From: Poseidonia sp.
GTDB lineage: Archaea > Thermoplasmatota > Poseidoniia > Poseidoniales > Poseidoniaceae
Assembly (NCBI GenBank): GCA_049412325.1
Contig: JBMSEL010000002.1
Location: 14,523-78,522, forward strand
Length of the DNA stretch: 64,000 nucleotides
Direction: 5' to 3'
Shown: positions 1 through 9,252 of the stretch, one piece after another
Position numbering within the stretch: the stretch's first letter is position 1
Layout: the number at the start of each line of letters is the position of its first letter
Made by a program: the position numbers and the translations under genes
Notes under the pieces: generated by a model
What the model saw: the letters and a program-made list of their open reading frames with translations, nothing else
What the model was told of the DNA's origin: nothing
Database searches by the model: none

Positions 1-252
1 GCTGTCGAATCCATTCCCGTGCAGCACATTGACCGTGTTCGCGGCGAAAACAACTCGCTTCTCCAACGCATGCGTGATGCATGCGATTGCCGAATGATGG
101 TCGGGGAAAACGGCCGCGTTTGGATCGACGGGTCCCCCGAAGGTATCTCATGGGCTCGTTCAGCGCTTCAGCGTCTGGTAAGCGAAGGTCACACGAAGGC
201 CTTTGAAACAATTCTCAGTGAAATGGAAGAAAAATCGAAAGGTGATGCATGA
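1..252 (+). CDS. rrp4: Exosome RNA-binding subunit Rrp4, C-terminal fragment (5' end outside window)
   Basis: Frame-1 ORF is open to the window edge. It has a KH-like C-terminal segment (GENGRVWIDG). Its stop overlaps the Rrp41 start (ATGA), in the canonical rrp4-rrp41-rrp42 order. Confidence 0.75.
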   Translation, partial: AVESIPVQHIDRVRGENNSLLQRMRDACDCRMMVGENGRVWIDGSPEGISWARSALQRLVSEGHTKAFETILSEMEEKSKGDA

Positions 253-980
253 TGGGTGGATATGGAGATGTACAATTGCTCAACGACGACGGTAGTCGTC
301 TTGATGGACGAAAAGTGGATGAAATGCGACCGGTGAGTATTGAAGCCGGCGTGCTTCCTGCAGCCGATGGTTCAGCCATGGTCACTCACGGCCTGAACGT
401 CGCTGTCGCTGCTGTTTACGGCCCGATGGAAGCCCATCCTCGCAAGATTCAGCGTCAAGACCGCGCTGTCATTGATGTGCGATACAACATGGCCCCCTTC
501 TCAACCTCTGACCGCATTCGACCTGGTTTCAACCGTCGGTCTCGAGAGATTTCGAAGGTCACGGCAGAAGCCCTCGAATCCGTGGTGCTTGTTGAGCTCT
601 ACCCACGTTCGAAAATCCGTGTCGAGATTGAAATCCTCGCTGCTGAAGCCGGTACCCGCTGTGCTGGCATCACCGCCGCAGCCGTGGCACTGGCCGATGC
701 GGGCATTCCCATGCGAGACATGATTGTCGGTGTAGCGTCCGGTAAGATCGAAGACACCGTCGTTCTCGATCTCGACAAAGCCGAGGATAACTACGGCCAG
801 GCCGACCTCCCTGTAGGCATCTTGCCCAACACCGGCGAAATCGCCTTCTTGCAAATGGACGGCGACCTGTCCCCCGCTGAGTACGAACTTGCCATGGAAT
901 ACAATTTCAAGGCAGCAAGGGAGATTCACGACATTATGGTCGACGCTCTTCAGCGACGCTACGAAGGAGGTGAGGCTTGA
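249..980 (+). CDS. rrp41: Exosome RNase PH subunit Rrp41
   Basis: 243 aa RNase PH-type sequence (RLDGRKVDEMRP, ADGSAMV, GTRCAGITAAAVALADAG), flanked by rrp4 and rrp42. Confidence 0.9.
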   Translation: MMGGYGDVQLLNDDGSRLDGRKVDEMRPVSIEAGVLPAADGSAMVTHGLNVAVAAVYGPMEAHPRKIQRQDRAVIDVRYNMAPFSTSDRIRPGFNRRSREISKVTAEALESVVLVELYPRSKIRVEIEILAAEAGTRCAGITAAAVALADAGIPMRDMIVGVASGKIEDTVVLDLDKAEDNYGQADLPVGILPNTGEIAFLQMDGDLSPAEYELAMEYNFKAAREIHDIMVDALQRRYEGGEA

Positions 981-1765
981 TGGTCGAACTTGTTCCTGCC
1001 CTGCTTCGTCAAGAACTTGCCCGCCTCGCCGAGGATGATCAACGGATTGACGGACGTGGCCGCTGGGATTCTCGCGATGTTTCTCTTGAGACCGACTGCC
1101 TCTACAACGCTGAAGGCTCAGCCAAGGTCGTCATCGGTGGAACGGTGGTTTACGCCGGCGTGAAGTTTGAACTCAGAACGCCCTGGCCCGACCGACCCAC
1201 GCAGGGTTCCCTGATGTGCGGTGCAGAACTCCGTCCTGTTGCCGGCCGAAAGTACGAGCCAGGCCCACCCTCTCCAGAATCGATTGAACTCAGCCGCGTG
1301 GTTGACCGTGGCATTCGCGAGTCCGGTTGCATTGACATGGAAAGCCTCTGCATCGTTCCCGGAGAGAAAGTCTGGGGAGTCATGATCGACATTCACGTTC
1401 TCTCCGACCAGGGCAACATTTTCGATGCTTGCGGCTTGGCGGCCATCGCCGCTTTGCGAACGGCCGTGGTTCCTGCTGAGCGCTTCGACGTCGGCGAGGA
1501 CCACACCTTGCAGGTGAACGGCACTCCCATCATGGCGTCCTTCACACGTGTTGGAGGCCGCTTCGTCCTCGACGCCAACGAGCAAGAAGAGTTGGGTGGC
1601 GACGAGCGCATTCACATCACCCTCGGCGATGAAGGGCATCTCCACTCCTTACAGAAGGGGCTAAAAGGGGTGTTCACTCCCGCCGAGTTTGCCGAGATCT
1701 TCGATGTGGCACAAAAGCGATGCGTAGAACTTCGAAAACTTGTAGCAGAAAAGGAGGGGAACTGA
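980..1765 (+). CDS. rrp42: Exosome RNase PH-like subunit Rrp42
   Basis: RIDGRGRWDSRDVSLET and EGSAKV motifs. SD AAGGAGG lies upstream. ATG980 overlaps the rrp41 stop (TGATG); alternative start TTG977. Confidence 0.9.
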   Translation: MVELVPALLRQELARLAEDDQRIDGRGRWDSRDVSLETDCLYNAEGSAKVVIGGTVVYAGVKFELRTPWPDRPTQGSLMCGAELRPVAGRKYEPGPPSPESIELSRVVDRGIRESGCIDMESLCIVPGEKVWGVMIDIHVLSDQGNIFDACGLAAIAALRTAVVPAERFDVGEDHTLQVNGTPIMASFTRVGGRFVLDANEQEELGGDERIHITLGDEGHLHSLQKGLKGVFTPAEFAEIFDVAQKRCVELRKLVAEKEGN

Positions 1766-2128
1766 TTGGCAAAGAGAACCCAAAAAGCAGGCGCAACCGC
1801 ACGATTTGGAGCACGCTACGGTGTTTCCGTCCGACGAAACGCCGGCTCGGCCATGGCCAAGCGATCCCGCAAGTACACTTGTCCTGTTTGCCAGTACCAG
1901 AAGGTTGAGCGAAAATCCGTCGGCATTTGGGCGTGCAAGAAGTGTGATCACACCTTCGCCGGTGGCGCATGGGAGCCGTTCACGCGTGCCTCCGATGCCA
2001 ACAACCGTATCCTTCGTCGTTCCGTCGACGGTGCTACCACCGCAGACATGGCCTTCATCGCTCAAGAAGCGGCCATGAACTACGAGCGAGAATTGGCCAA
2101 CCGTCCAGCCCTCGAAGAAGAAGAGTGA
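1766..2128 (+). CDS. rpl37ae: Ribosomal protein L37Ae (eL43), with acidic C-terminal extension
   Basis: N-terminus AKRTQKAGATARFGARYG and zinc ribbon CPVC...CKKC. TTG start follows directly after the rrp42 stop, with AAGGAGGGG upstream. Confidence 0.9.
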   Translation: MAKRTQKAGATARFGARYGVSVRRNAGSAMAKRSRKYTCPVCQYQKVERKSVGIWACKKCDHTFAGGAWEPFTRASDANNRILRRSVDGATTADMAFIAQEAAMNYERELANRPALEEEE

Positions 2129-2138
2129 ACGCACCTCG

Positions 2139-2372
2139 GTGTTGGTCATGTGGGCGTTGACGCTTCTCGTTCAATCCCGTAGCCAGACCGATACCAAGGC
2201 ACTGGCTGCCTGTTTGGCAACCGACTGCGAGACCACGTGGGAAGATGACCACTCGTTTTCCATTGAACTCAACGAAGCCGCTTGCAAAGACCTCCGGGCC
2301 ATGTGGAACACCCGTCTGCGTGGCCTCATTGCAACCGATTCCGTCCTGCAGGTCTTCGGAAAGCATTCTTGA
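2139..2372 (+). CDS. pcc1: KEOPS subunit Pcc1-like small protein
   Basis: 77 aa. The C-terminal pattern A..C.DLRAMWNTRLRGL resembles the Pcc1 A.D..LRA..NS.LR motif as I remember it. Its position between rpl37ae and pfdB fits the exosome superoperon. Start is GTG2139 or ATG2148. Confidence 0.5.
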   Translation: MLVMWALTLLVQSRSQTDTKALAACLATDCETTWEDDHSFSIELNEAACKDLRAMWNTRLRGLIATDSVLQVFGKHS

Positions 2373-2404
2373 ACCTCGGGCCGTGACCATCCAATGGTGA
2401 GCCC

Positions 2405-2722
2405 GTGACACAACTTGACCAACTTCAACTCGTCGTCGCAGAAGTACAAGCTGCTCGCCAGCAAGTGAGCAGTGTTCGTGCTCAAGTTCAGGAACTCGAG
2501 GGCACCATCGCCGCCGTTGAGTCACAACCTGATGACATGGCACTCCACCGACAAATGGGTGGTGTTCTCATCGAAGTGGCTGATCGAGTCGCTCTCCTTG
2601 GCGACCTCAACGAAACATTGGCATCCCTCAAGGTTCACCTCCAACGCTTCACAGAACGTGAGCAACAGTTGATCAAGACTTACGACGAACTCAAACAATC
2701 TCTGCAGGGTGCACAGGAATGA
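2405..2722 (+). CDS. pfdB: Prefoldin beta subunit
   Basis: 105 aa with two coiled-coil arms flanking a central beta region (ALHRQMGGVLIEV). GTG start, in the superoperon position. Confidence 0.85.
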   Translation: MTQLDQLQLVVAEVQAARQQVSSVRAQVQELEGTIAAVESQPDDMALHRQMGGVLIEVADRVALLGDLNETLASLKVHLQRFTEREQQLIKTYDELKQSLQGAQE

Positions 2723-3729
2723 GCACATCTCCTGTCGCCATGGAAGACGACCTCCAACGGCTTCATGCTTGGCTTCTCCATCACACGAGCCAGGGCCCCG
2801 TTGCTGTGATCACGGGGAAAAACGGCGACATGGACACCGTTGGGTCTGCCATCGCGCTCGCTGCAACCCACCCCAACATGCTGGCTTGTGGCTTGCACAT
2901 CGGCCGAATGGCTGGGCGGTATGTCGCGAAGCACCAAGCACCGTTTCGAATCATGAAAGAGGGCCATCCATTTTGGCCGAAACAACTGGCAGCCGCCGTG
3001 GTCGTTGACGCTGCTGCTCCAGACCAGACCGGTCTTCCTCTTCCTGAGGTCCCGTTGTGTGTGATTGACCACCATGCGACCGATGCATGGGAATTGGGAG
3101 AGGGGGATCTCTGTTTGAAATGGGATGCTCGTTCCACAACCGAAGTGGTGGCTGCCTACCTTGAAAAGCACGCAACCTCGGCTCTGAGCCCACCGGTTTG
3201 TGAATTTCTCCTCGCAGGCCTCGTGACCGACACCGCTCGATTCCGTCATGCCAATGGACGATCGTTCAGCACCGCCTCACGGCTGATTGAACACGGCGGT
3301 TTGGACTATCAGGCCTTCATTCAAGAGTTGGAAGATGCACCGACCACCCCCAGCGATCGTGGGGCCATTTTGCGAGGCCTTCAACGGGCTGAAACCACGG
3401 AGGCAGGACCTTGGACCATTCTCAGGACAACAGCCGGAACACTCGAAGGACGGGTGGCTTCCATGCTCAATGGTCTTGGGGCCGATGCCGTGGTCGTGAC
3501 CCGCTCACGAAACGGAACCACCCGACTCACGGTTCGTGCACCCCGCTCAAGTGTGCTTGCAGGTCTTCACATGGGCCATCTCATGGAGGAGGTCGCCCAA
3601 ACTCTTGGAGGCGAGGGCGGTGGCCATGACGGTGCGGCGGGCTGGTCGGGCGATGCTCATCCCATCGCTGCCGAAACCGCCTTTATTGACGCCGTGGCCC
3701 GAACAGCAAGGACGGAGTTGAATCCATGA
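2719..3729 (+). CDS. DHH/DHHA1 family phosphoesterase (NrnA/RecJ-like)
   Basis: Motifs GKNGDMDTVGSAIAL, VIDHHATD (DHH) and GGEGGGHDGAAG (DHHA1 GGGH). ATGA overlap with the pfdB stop. Confidence 0.8.
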   Translation: MSTSPVAMEDDLQRLHAWLLHHTSQGPVAVITGKNGDMDTVGSAIALAATHPNMLACGLHIGRMAGRYVAKHQAPFRIMKEGHPFWPKQLAAAVVVDAAAPDQTGLPLPEVPLCVIDHHATDAWELGEGDLCLKWDARSTTEVVAAYLEKHATSALSPPVCEFLLAGLVTDTARFRHANGRSFSTASRLIEHGGLDYQAFIQELEDAPTTPSDRGAILRGLQRAETTEAGPWTILRTTAGTLEGRVASMLNGLGADAVVVTRSRNGTTRLTVRAPRSSVLAGLHMGHLMEEVAQTLGGEGGGHDGAAGWSGDAHPIAAETAFIDAVARTARTELNP

Positions 3730-4790
3730 CCATCATTGAACCGCCAAAAGGCCCGGGCCATTTCATCTCTCGTTGGCGCACAGAAGGACCCGTTGATTCG
3801 GCTACATTATCGGTCTGGAAAGAGGAACTGGCGTGGCCATCTTGGCTCTCGTTGGCAGAGGCTGCCTTGTTCATGGATGCACCAGAACTGCTTGAGGCCA
3901 TGCATGTTCATCTGAGTCCAGGAGAAGAAGCAGTTCTCGGTTTGGTTCGGCGACGTTGGCTTGGTGATACACATCTCGAAGAGGCGATTGAATCTGCTCT
4001 CACGGTGGTTCGCACTCCGGAAACGCGAGACCTCGCCCTGGAAGGTCGTTTGCGCATGGAGCGGGGATTGGTTCGTTTTGAAGCAGGTGATGCCCAAGGA
4101 GCTGAGGAGGATTTGACCTGGGCAGAAACTCGCCTCAAATCCGTTGCCAAAGCAAGTCGCGACCATGATCTTTCACTGTTAAACAAAGCCGCATATCACA
4201 TGGCGCAAGGAGAGGCTTTGATGGCTCTACAGGTGTACGGGGACATCTCGAGAACCGCAGGACACGCTCACGAAACCATTGCCATTTCTCGGCTCGGCGC
4301 CAGTCGAATTCGCCATGCATTGGGGCACCTCTTCCATGCCGGCCGCCACGCATGGAATGCGCACAAACACGCAATACTGGCATCCCAGCACCAAATGGCC
4401 ATTGAGGCAGGATCAATGTTCCTCGATTTGGCCATTGACTACCAATCGACGGATGCGAAACCCATGCACGTTCAGGTAGAGGAAGCACAACCGCTTGACC
4501 TTGAGCAAGAGCCTCCGGTCCTTGCCGTTCATCCCGATGACATTCATGGTGTCTTTGACTGGTGTGTGGATCATCTCGAGAAAGGATGGGGTGGCCCGGA
4601 ACGTCCAGCGGTTCGTGCGATGCTGACGATCGCCCACCGGCTTCACAAGATGGAACGCTTCGGTGAACTGATGGCCTCGCCGGATGCCGTGGAAGACCCG
4701 ATGTTGGCAGCCGTGGCACAAGCATGCGCTTCAACACCCGAAGAAACGGCATTGTGGGGTAAGCGCTTGGGCGAACTCACCATGCTCTGA
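3726..4790 (+). CDS. Hypothetical helical-repeat protein
   Basis: 354-aa ORF whose start overlaps the DHH stop (ATGA). It looks alpha-helical and TPR-like, with no diagnostic motif. Confidence 0.5.
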   Translation: MTIIEPPKGPGHFISRWRTEGPVDSATLSVWKEELAWPSWLSLAEAALFMDAPELLEAMHVHLSPGEEAVLGLVRRRWLGDTHLEEAIESALTVVRTPETRDLALEGRLRMERGLVRFEAGDAQGAEEDLTWAETRLKSVAKASRDHDLSLLNKAAYHMAQGEALMALQVYGDISRTAGHAHETIAISRLGASRIRHALGHLFHAGRHAWNAHKHAILASQHQMAIEAGSMFLDLAIDYQSTDAKPMHVQVEEAQPLDLEQEPPVLAVHPDDIHGVFDWCVDHLEKGWGGPERPAVRAMLTIAHRLHKMERFGELMASPDAVEDPMLAAVAQACASTPEETALWGKRLGELTML

Positions 4791-4819
4791 ACCCGGTCGC
4801 TACTTGTTCAGAACCCTCA

Positions 4820-5218
4820 TCAACGGGAAAAGAAGACAGCCAATTCCTCAAACTCCTCAACCGTCCAAGCCTTGACGGGAGGTACGGTCTTCCACCATTG
4901 AACAGCGTGGACACTTTCGTCATCAACGGTCCATGTTCGCCTGCTTTCAATCGGCACGACCATGTGGGCAACCCATCCTTCGGGATAGTAATCCTTGTTC
5001 CATGAAACGAGGGTTCCGGTCAATCCTGTCTCCTCAAGCAATTCTCGGTGGAGGGCCTCTTCCGGCCGTTCCCCCTTTTCAACATGGCCGCCAGGAATTT
5101 CCCACCCCCTTTCAGGATGTTCAACAAACAGCACACTGCCGCCTTCCCCCATCCTCGTGCAGGGCTCACCCTCACGGGTGACCCACGCCAAGACAAACCT
5201 GGGCTTGGAGGACGTCAT
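4820..5218 (-). CDS. NUDIX hydrolase
   Basis: Complete Nudix box GGHVEKGERPEEALHRELLEETG. Confidence 0.85.
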   Translation of the reverse strand: MTSSKPRFVLAWVTREGEPCTRMGEGGSVLFVEHPERGWEIPGGHVEKGERPEEALHRELLEETGLTGTLVSWNKDYYPEGWVAHMVVPIESRRTWTVDDESVHAVQWWKTVPPVKAWTVEEFEELAVFFSR

Positions 5219-5222
5219 GGAA

Positions 5223-6224
5223 TCACTTCATGTCGGATTGGATTCGTTCAAGCCAGGGTTCTGCCCAAGCCTCACCCGACGCAAGCAATCGCCGTGCAAG
5301 GAAGAATGCAGACTGTACATCGCCTTGCTCAAGCAAGGTTTCCAGTGTATGCTCGTCAGGATGACGCTGAGGTGTATCCTCTTCAGCCTCCACCGTGGAT
5401 GGCGTAGGTTCGGGGGTTGAAATTCTGGCAGTGAGTGAACGCATCCCTTCAAGGAAAGCCTCACGGTGTTGTACAGAGGGTCCAGACCACGGCTGCTTTT
5501 GTTCGCCATCCATCTCGCCTTTGAGGCGCTGTAAGAAACGGTCTCGCTCGTTGAGATGGGGCCGAAGTTGCTGCACCTGGTCATAACACGACCACGCGTC
5601 GTCCATCTCCTCTCGACGTTCGTGTAACCGCCCCATTTCCAACCACAATTCGTGGTTGATGGGCCGGTGAGCCAACAAGTGCCGTGCAAGGTCAATGAAA
5701 ACCTCCTCATGGCCGGCTTTACGCAACCGTTCCAACCTTCGACCGAACACAATGTTGGCTCGCTGATCACGAAAATCCAGTCGACGGCACCTGGTTGAAA
5801 ATTCTTCAAGTCCCCCCTCTACTCCCGCATCTACCAATTCGTTCCACCACGCATCAGGGTCGAGTGGGTCTTTGGCAAATGCCGCTTCAAGAAGTTCTCT
5901 TCCTACTTTCAAATAATCAATGCCGACGAGTTGTTCGAGGTTGTCTGGGTCTCGTCCCAGCACAATAAACACATCTTCGAGGACCGCCTGAAGGCCTCCT
6001 GCATCGGCGTTGATGGCCTTGAGTTCCGCAAGGAAGCGCCAATTTCGTTCATCGGTGAAATCATGGAGAATGGCTTGACGAGCATTTTGCTCGGCCCAGC
6101 CCATGTTTTCCTTTGCACGTTCAGGGTCAGCTTTGGCCAGCTTGGCAAACTTTTGTGCCGTTGAGCGGTACCTGTTCCCCAAGTTCCTGCGCGGGTGTTG
6201 CAGGAGATCTTGGCTTTCTGACAT
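5223..6224 (-). CDS. Hypothetical helical-repeat (TPR-like) protein
   Basis: 333-aa ORF packed between the UbiD-family gene and the Nudix gene, with 4-9 nt spacers. No diagnostic motif. Confidence 0.55.
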   Translation of the reverse strand: MSESQDLLQHPRRNLGNRYRSTAQKFAKLAKADPERAKENMGWAEQNARQAILHDFTDERNWRFLAELKAINADAGGLQAVLEDVFIVLGRDPDNLEQLVGIDYLKVGRELLEAAFAKDPLDPDAWWNELVDAGVEGGLEEFSTRCRRLDFRDQRANIVFGRRLERLRKAGHEEVFIDLARHLLAHRPINHELWLEMGRLHERREEMDDAWSCYDQVQQLRPHLNERDRFLQRLKGEMDGEQKQPWSGPSVQHREAFLEGMRSLTARISTPEPTPSTVEAEEDTPQRHPDEHTLETLLEQGDVQSAFFLARRLLASGEAWAEPWLERIQSDMK

Positions 6225-6233
6225 TCCTCTCCC

Positions 6234-7568
6234 TCACTGCACGGACATGAAGCCGGATTTGTCAACGCCGAAATCGATGGTGGCGTCATAACCAATTTTC
6301 GAGGTTTTGCCATCATCATATCGGGATGGGTCGAGGGAACTGCCGCGTTGGTCACTCAAAATCAATGTGTCCTTATCGGGTTGCCAACGTGTCATCATCG
6401 CCCATTCGACACGGACCGGGTCGGTGATGTCAATGTCTTCGTCCACAACGGTGACGATCTTCATGCTTTTATGGCCATCAAAGGCTGCCTTGATGGCTTT
6501 CATGCCGTCATCGGCGTTCATCTTGCGAATCTTCAAAACCGCACCGAGCCATCCACAACCGCCCTCGGTCATGTGAACATCAAGACACTCAACGACATCG
6601 TTCACAGCGGCTTTGATGGTCGGTGCCCGGGGCAAACCCATGAGGGTCTTGTGTTCGGCTTCACCAGGAATCAGAGCGTGAAATATCGGGTTGTTGCGGT
6701 GCGTGAGGCCGTCAATGGCGATCACCGGTTCTTGCCTCACATCATCCACGGTCCCCGTGATGTCGACGTAGGGGCCTTCATCGTCGTCTTCGAGCGTGAT
6801 GCGTCCCCACCAAACGTACTCGGCATCGGCAGGAACATGGACGCCGTTGGGTACTTCCACGAGGTTGAGTGATGTACCGTACAACTTTTCATGAAGGGCA
6901 GCGGCGATGGTCAACTCGTCAATGTTTTCGTTGAACGACATCGCAGCGGCGAGCAGCACCACCGGGTCGGGCGCATTCACAATCGCCACGTTGACTTCCC
7001 GACCTTCCTCACGTGCGTTCATGACCATCGTTCGGAGGTGTCGTGGAACGAGCCGGACCACGAGGTGATTTTCATCACGTAGGAACTGACGGTGGAACGA
7101 GACATTTCGGATGCCGTTATCTTGGGCGATAATGATGCTCGCCGAGGAGTAACGACCTCGGTCTTGAGGCCAATGGTGAGGAATCGGGATGGTTCGCAAA
7201 TCAACATCCTCTGCGATGTTTTCGAAGCACGGTGCCTCGTCCTTGGAAACAAGCACGGGTTCACTAGGATGGTCCATGGCCCATCCGAGCGTGTCAATGT
7301 ACGCCTCCGGTTCAATACCAATCGCCGCACACAGACGGTCTCGAGTCAGCATGTTGACGGCTGCACGATGGCCTGGGCATTCTGGGATGTTGGAGTAGAT
7401 GGTCATGGCGTGGCCGCTTGCCTGCGAGTGCTCCAACATGCCGTGAATCAGGCTGACCTCGGCGGATTCTTCGGTCGCTGCGCCGAGGTGGTCGCGGAAG
7501 GCCATATTGGACCCAGCGGTCGCCGTTGTTTCAATGTTGTTCATGGATGAAAGTGCCGTCATTTTCAT
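6234..7568 (-). CDS. UbiD-family (prenyl-FMN dependent) decarboxylase
   Basis: End-to-end UbiD-like sequence (RGRYSSASIIIAQD, VSFHRQ, EGPYVDITG, WLGAVLKI, VVDEDIDITD). ATG7568 chosen; the ORF extends to TTG7580. Confidence 0.85.
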   Translation of the reverse strand: MKMTALSSMNNIETTATAGSNMAFRDHLGAATEESAEVSLIHGMLEHSQASGHAMTIYSNIPECPGHRAAVNMLTRDRLCAAIGIEPEAYIDTLGWAMDHPSEPVLVSKDEAPCFENIAEDVDLRTIPIPHHWPQDRGRYSSASIIIAQDNGIRNVSFHRQFLRDENHLVVRLVPRHLRTMVMNAREEGREVNVAIVNAPDPVVLLAAAMSFNENIDELTIAAALHEKLYGTSLNLVEVPNGVHVPADAEYVWWGRITLEDDDEGPYVDITGTVDDVRQEPVIAIDGLTHRNNPIFHALIPGEAEHKTLMGLPRAPTIKAAVNDVVECLDVHMTEGGCGWLGAVLKIRKMNADDGMKAIKAAFDGHKSMKIVTVVDEDIDITDPVRVEWAMMTRWQPDKDTLILSDQRGSSLDPSRYDDGKTSKIGYDATIDFGVDKSGFMSVQ

Positions 7569-7613
7569 GATGCAAATCAAACGACGCCGCCCATGGTGAG
7601 CACGCTTAGAGGG

Positions 7614-7627
7614 ATTTGATTAAATAG
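7614..7627. promoter_or_regulatory. Candidate shared TATA-like element in divergent UbiD / S12 intergenic region
   Basis: This near-palindromic AT-rich TTTGATTAAATAGG is the only AT-rich element in the ~95-nt spacer. It lies about 40-50 nt from both start codons. Confidence 0.3.
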
Positions 7628-7664
7628 GGGCGGCAAGTCGGCGAAGTGCTTCAATGAGGTGAAC

Positions 7665-8096
7665 ATGATGGGCAGAGGACTCTTCGCAGGTGCCAAGATG
7701 GCCAAAGACCGACAGAAATTCCGTTGGTCAGACCGCCGATACAAGAAGCGCATGCTCAAATCTCGCGCCAAGCACGACCCGCTTGCAGGATCCACTCAAG
7801 CCAAGGGCATCGTGGTCGAAAAGGTCGGCATCGAAGCCAAACAACCCAACTCGGGTATCCGAAAGGCCGTGAAGATCTCTCTCATCAAGAACGGCAACAA
7901 GTTGACCGCCTTCGCCCCCGGCGACGGTGCCATCAACTTCATCGACGAGCACGACGAAGTCATGGTCGAAGGTATCGGCGGGCGCATGGGTCGTTCGTAC
8001 GGTGATATTCCCGGTGTCCGCTACAAGGTCATTCAAGTGAACGGCGTTTCTCTGGATGAGATGGTTCGAGGCCGAAAGGAGAAGCCAGTTCGCTGA
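7665..8096 (+). CDS. rps12: Ribosomal protein S12 (uS12)
   Basis: Motifs [19 protein letters not shown] and [18 protein letters not shown]7665 chosen; the track ORF begins at GTG7659. Confidence 0.93.
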   Translation: MMGRGLFAGAKMAKDRQKFRWSDRRYKKRMLKSRAKHDPLAGSTQAKGIVVEKVGIEAKQPNSGIRKAVKISLIKNGNKLTAFAPGDGAINFIDEHDEVMVEGIGGRMGRSYGDIPGVRYKVIQVNGVSLDEMVRGRKEKPVR

Positions 8097-8100
8097 GGTG

Positions 8101-8724
8101 ATGATGATGAGCGATGCAGATTCAGATTCAGATGTTGTTGAAGTCAAGCCCATTGCTGGCATTGGCACCAAAGTGTTCGGTAAGTGGGACGCTTCGGAAG
8201 TCACGTGTCGAGACCCCGGTCTTGCTCCTTACATCAACCTCACCACCGTCGGTGTTCCCCATACCGGTGGTCGACACGCCAACGCTTGGTTTGGTAAGGC
8301 CAAACTCTCCGTTGTTGAGCGCTACATCAACAAGCTCATGCGAACCGGTTCCTACACCGGCAAGAAAATGGGCGCCATGAAAGCGTTCGAGGGTGCTTTG
8401 GACCAAATCGCAGAGCGCTCCGGCAACAACCCCCTCCAGGTGTTCGTCGATGCCATTTGCTCCGCCGCACCAATGGAAGAGATCACCCGCATCAAGTTCG
8501 GTGCTGTCTCACAGCCTAAGGCTGTTGATTCATCCCCGTCCCGTCGTCTGGACCTCGCTTTGGCCAACCTGGCCAAAGGTGCTCAGCAAGGCACACACAA
8601 GTCCAAGCGCACGCTCAAGAACTGCATCATTAATGAACTGACCAAAGCCAGTGAAGGTGATGTCACATCCTATGCCGTTGGCAAGAAGGAAGAACTTGAG
8701 CGCATCGCTGCCTCTGCTCGTTGA
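8101..8724 (+). CDS. rps7: Ribosomal protein S7 (uS7), acidic N-terminal extension
   Basis: Motifs VERYINKLMRTG and NPLQVFVDAI. ATG lies 5 nt after the S12 stop. Confidence 0.93.
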   Translation: MMMSDADSDSDVVEVKPIAGIGTKVFGKWDASEVTCRDPGLAPYINLTTVGVPHTGGRHANAWFGKAKLSVVERYINKLMRTGSYTGKKMGAMKAFEGALDQIAERSGNNPLQVFVDAICSAAPMEEITRIKFGAVSQPKAVDSSPSRRLDLALANLAKGAQQGTHKSKRTLKNCIINELTKASEGDVTSYAVGKKEELERIAASAR

Positions 8725-8790
8725 GGCTGACGGTCTTCTTGGCCGCAGTTTCTGGACAACGTTCTTTTCCCGTCGGTTCTACCGTCCAAC

Positions 8791-9180
8791 ATGGTCAAGA
8801 AGATCTTCGTCAAGTTTGTATCCGACCCCGCTCACGACCGAATGAAATCCATTGTTGGCCTCGCTTGTGCCGCTCAGGCCGTGAACGACGGCCACGACGT
8901 CAGTGTTTTCTTTGCTGCGGCTGGCGTTCGCTTGCTCGATGGGAATTTTTTGAATGAACTTGAATCTGAGATGGGACCTGATTCAACCATCGTTCATGGC
9001 TTCATGGACGCGTTGCTTGAGGGTGCTGACCTGCACTGTTCATTCGCATCGGTCAAAGCAACCCTCGGGCATTCAGAGGGCGACGGAGCGCTTCACGTTC
9101 CGGATGACAACATCACTTGGAGCGGACCCCCCGGCGTTGTCGCGCTGTCAACGGCTTCTGACGTGCAACTCATCTACTGA
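8791..9180 (+). CDS. DsrE/DsrF-like (sulfur-relay fold) family protein
   Basis: 129 aa. The N-terminal beta-alpha pattern KIFVKFVSDPAHD...GLACAAQAVNDGHDVSVFFAAAGV and the conserved-position Cys (DLHCSFASVKATLG) resemble DsrE-like proteins. Confidence 0.6.
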   Translation: MVKKIFVKFVSDPAHDRMKSIVGLACAAQAVNDGHDVSVFFAAAGVRLLDGNFLNELESEMGPDSTIVHGFMDALLEGADLHCSFASVKATLGHSEGDGALHVPDDNITWSGPPGVVALSTASDVQLIY

Positions 9181-9252
9181 TTCACCCCTTGCCTGCGAGG
9201 CACTTAAGAACCCCTTTTCAGTGGGCGAAGCAACGAGAACACGGTGGTTACC

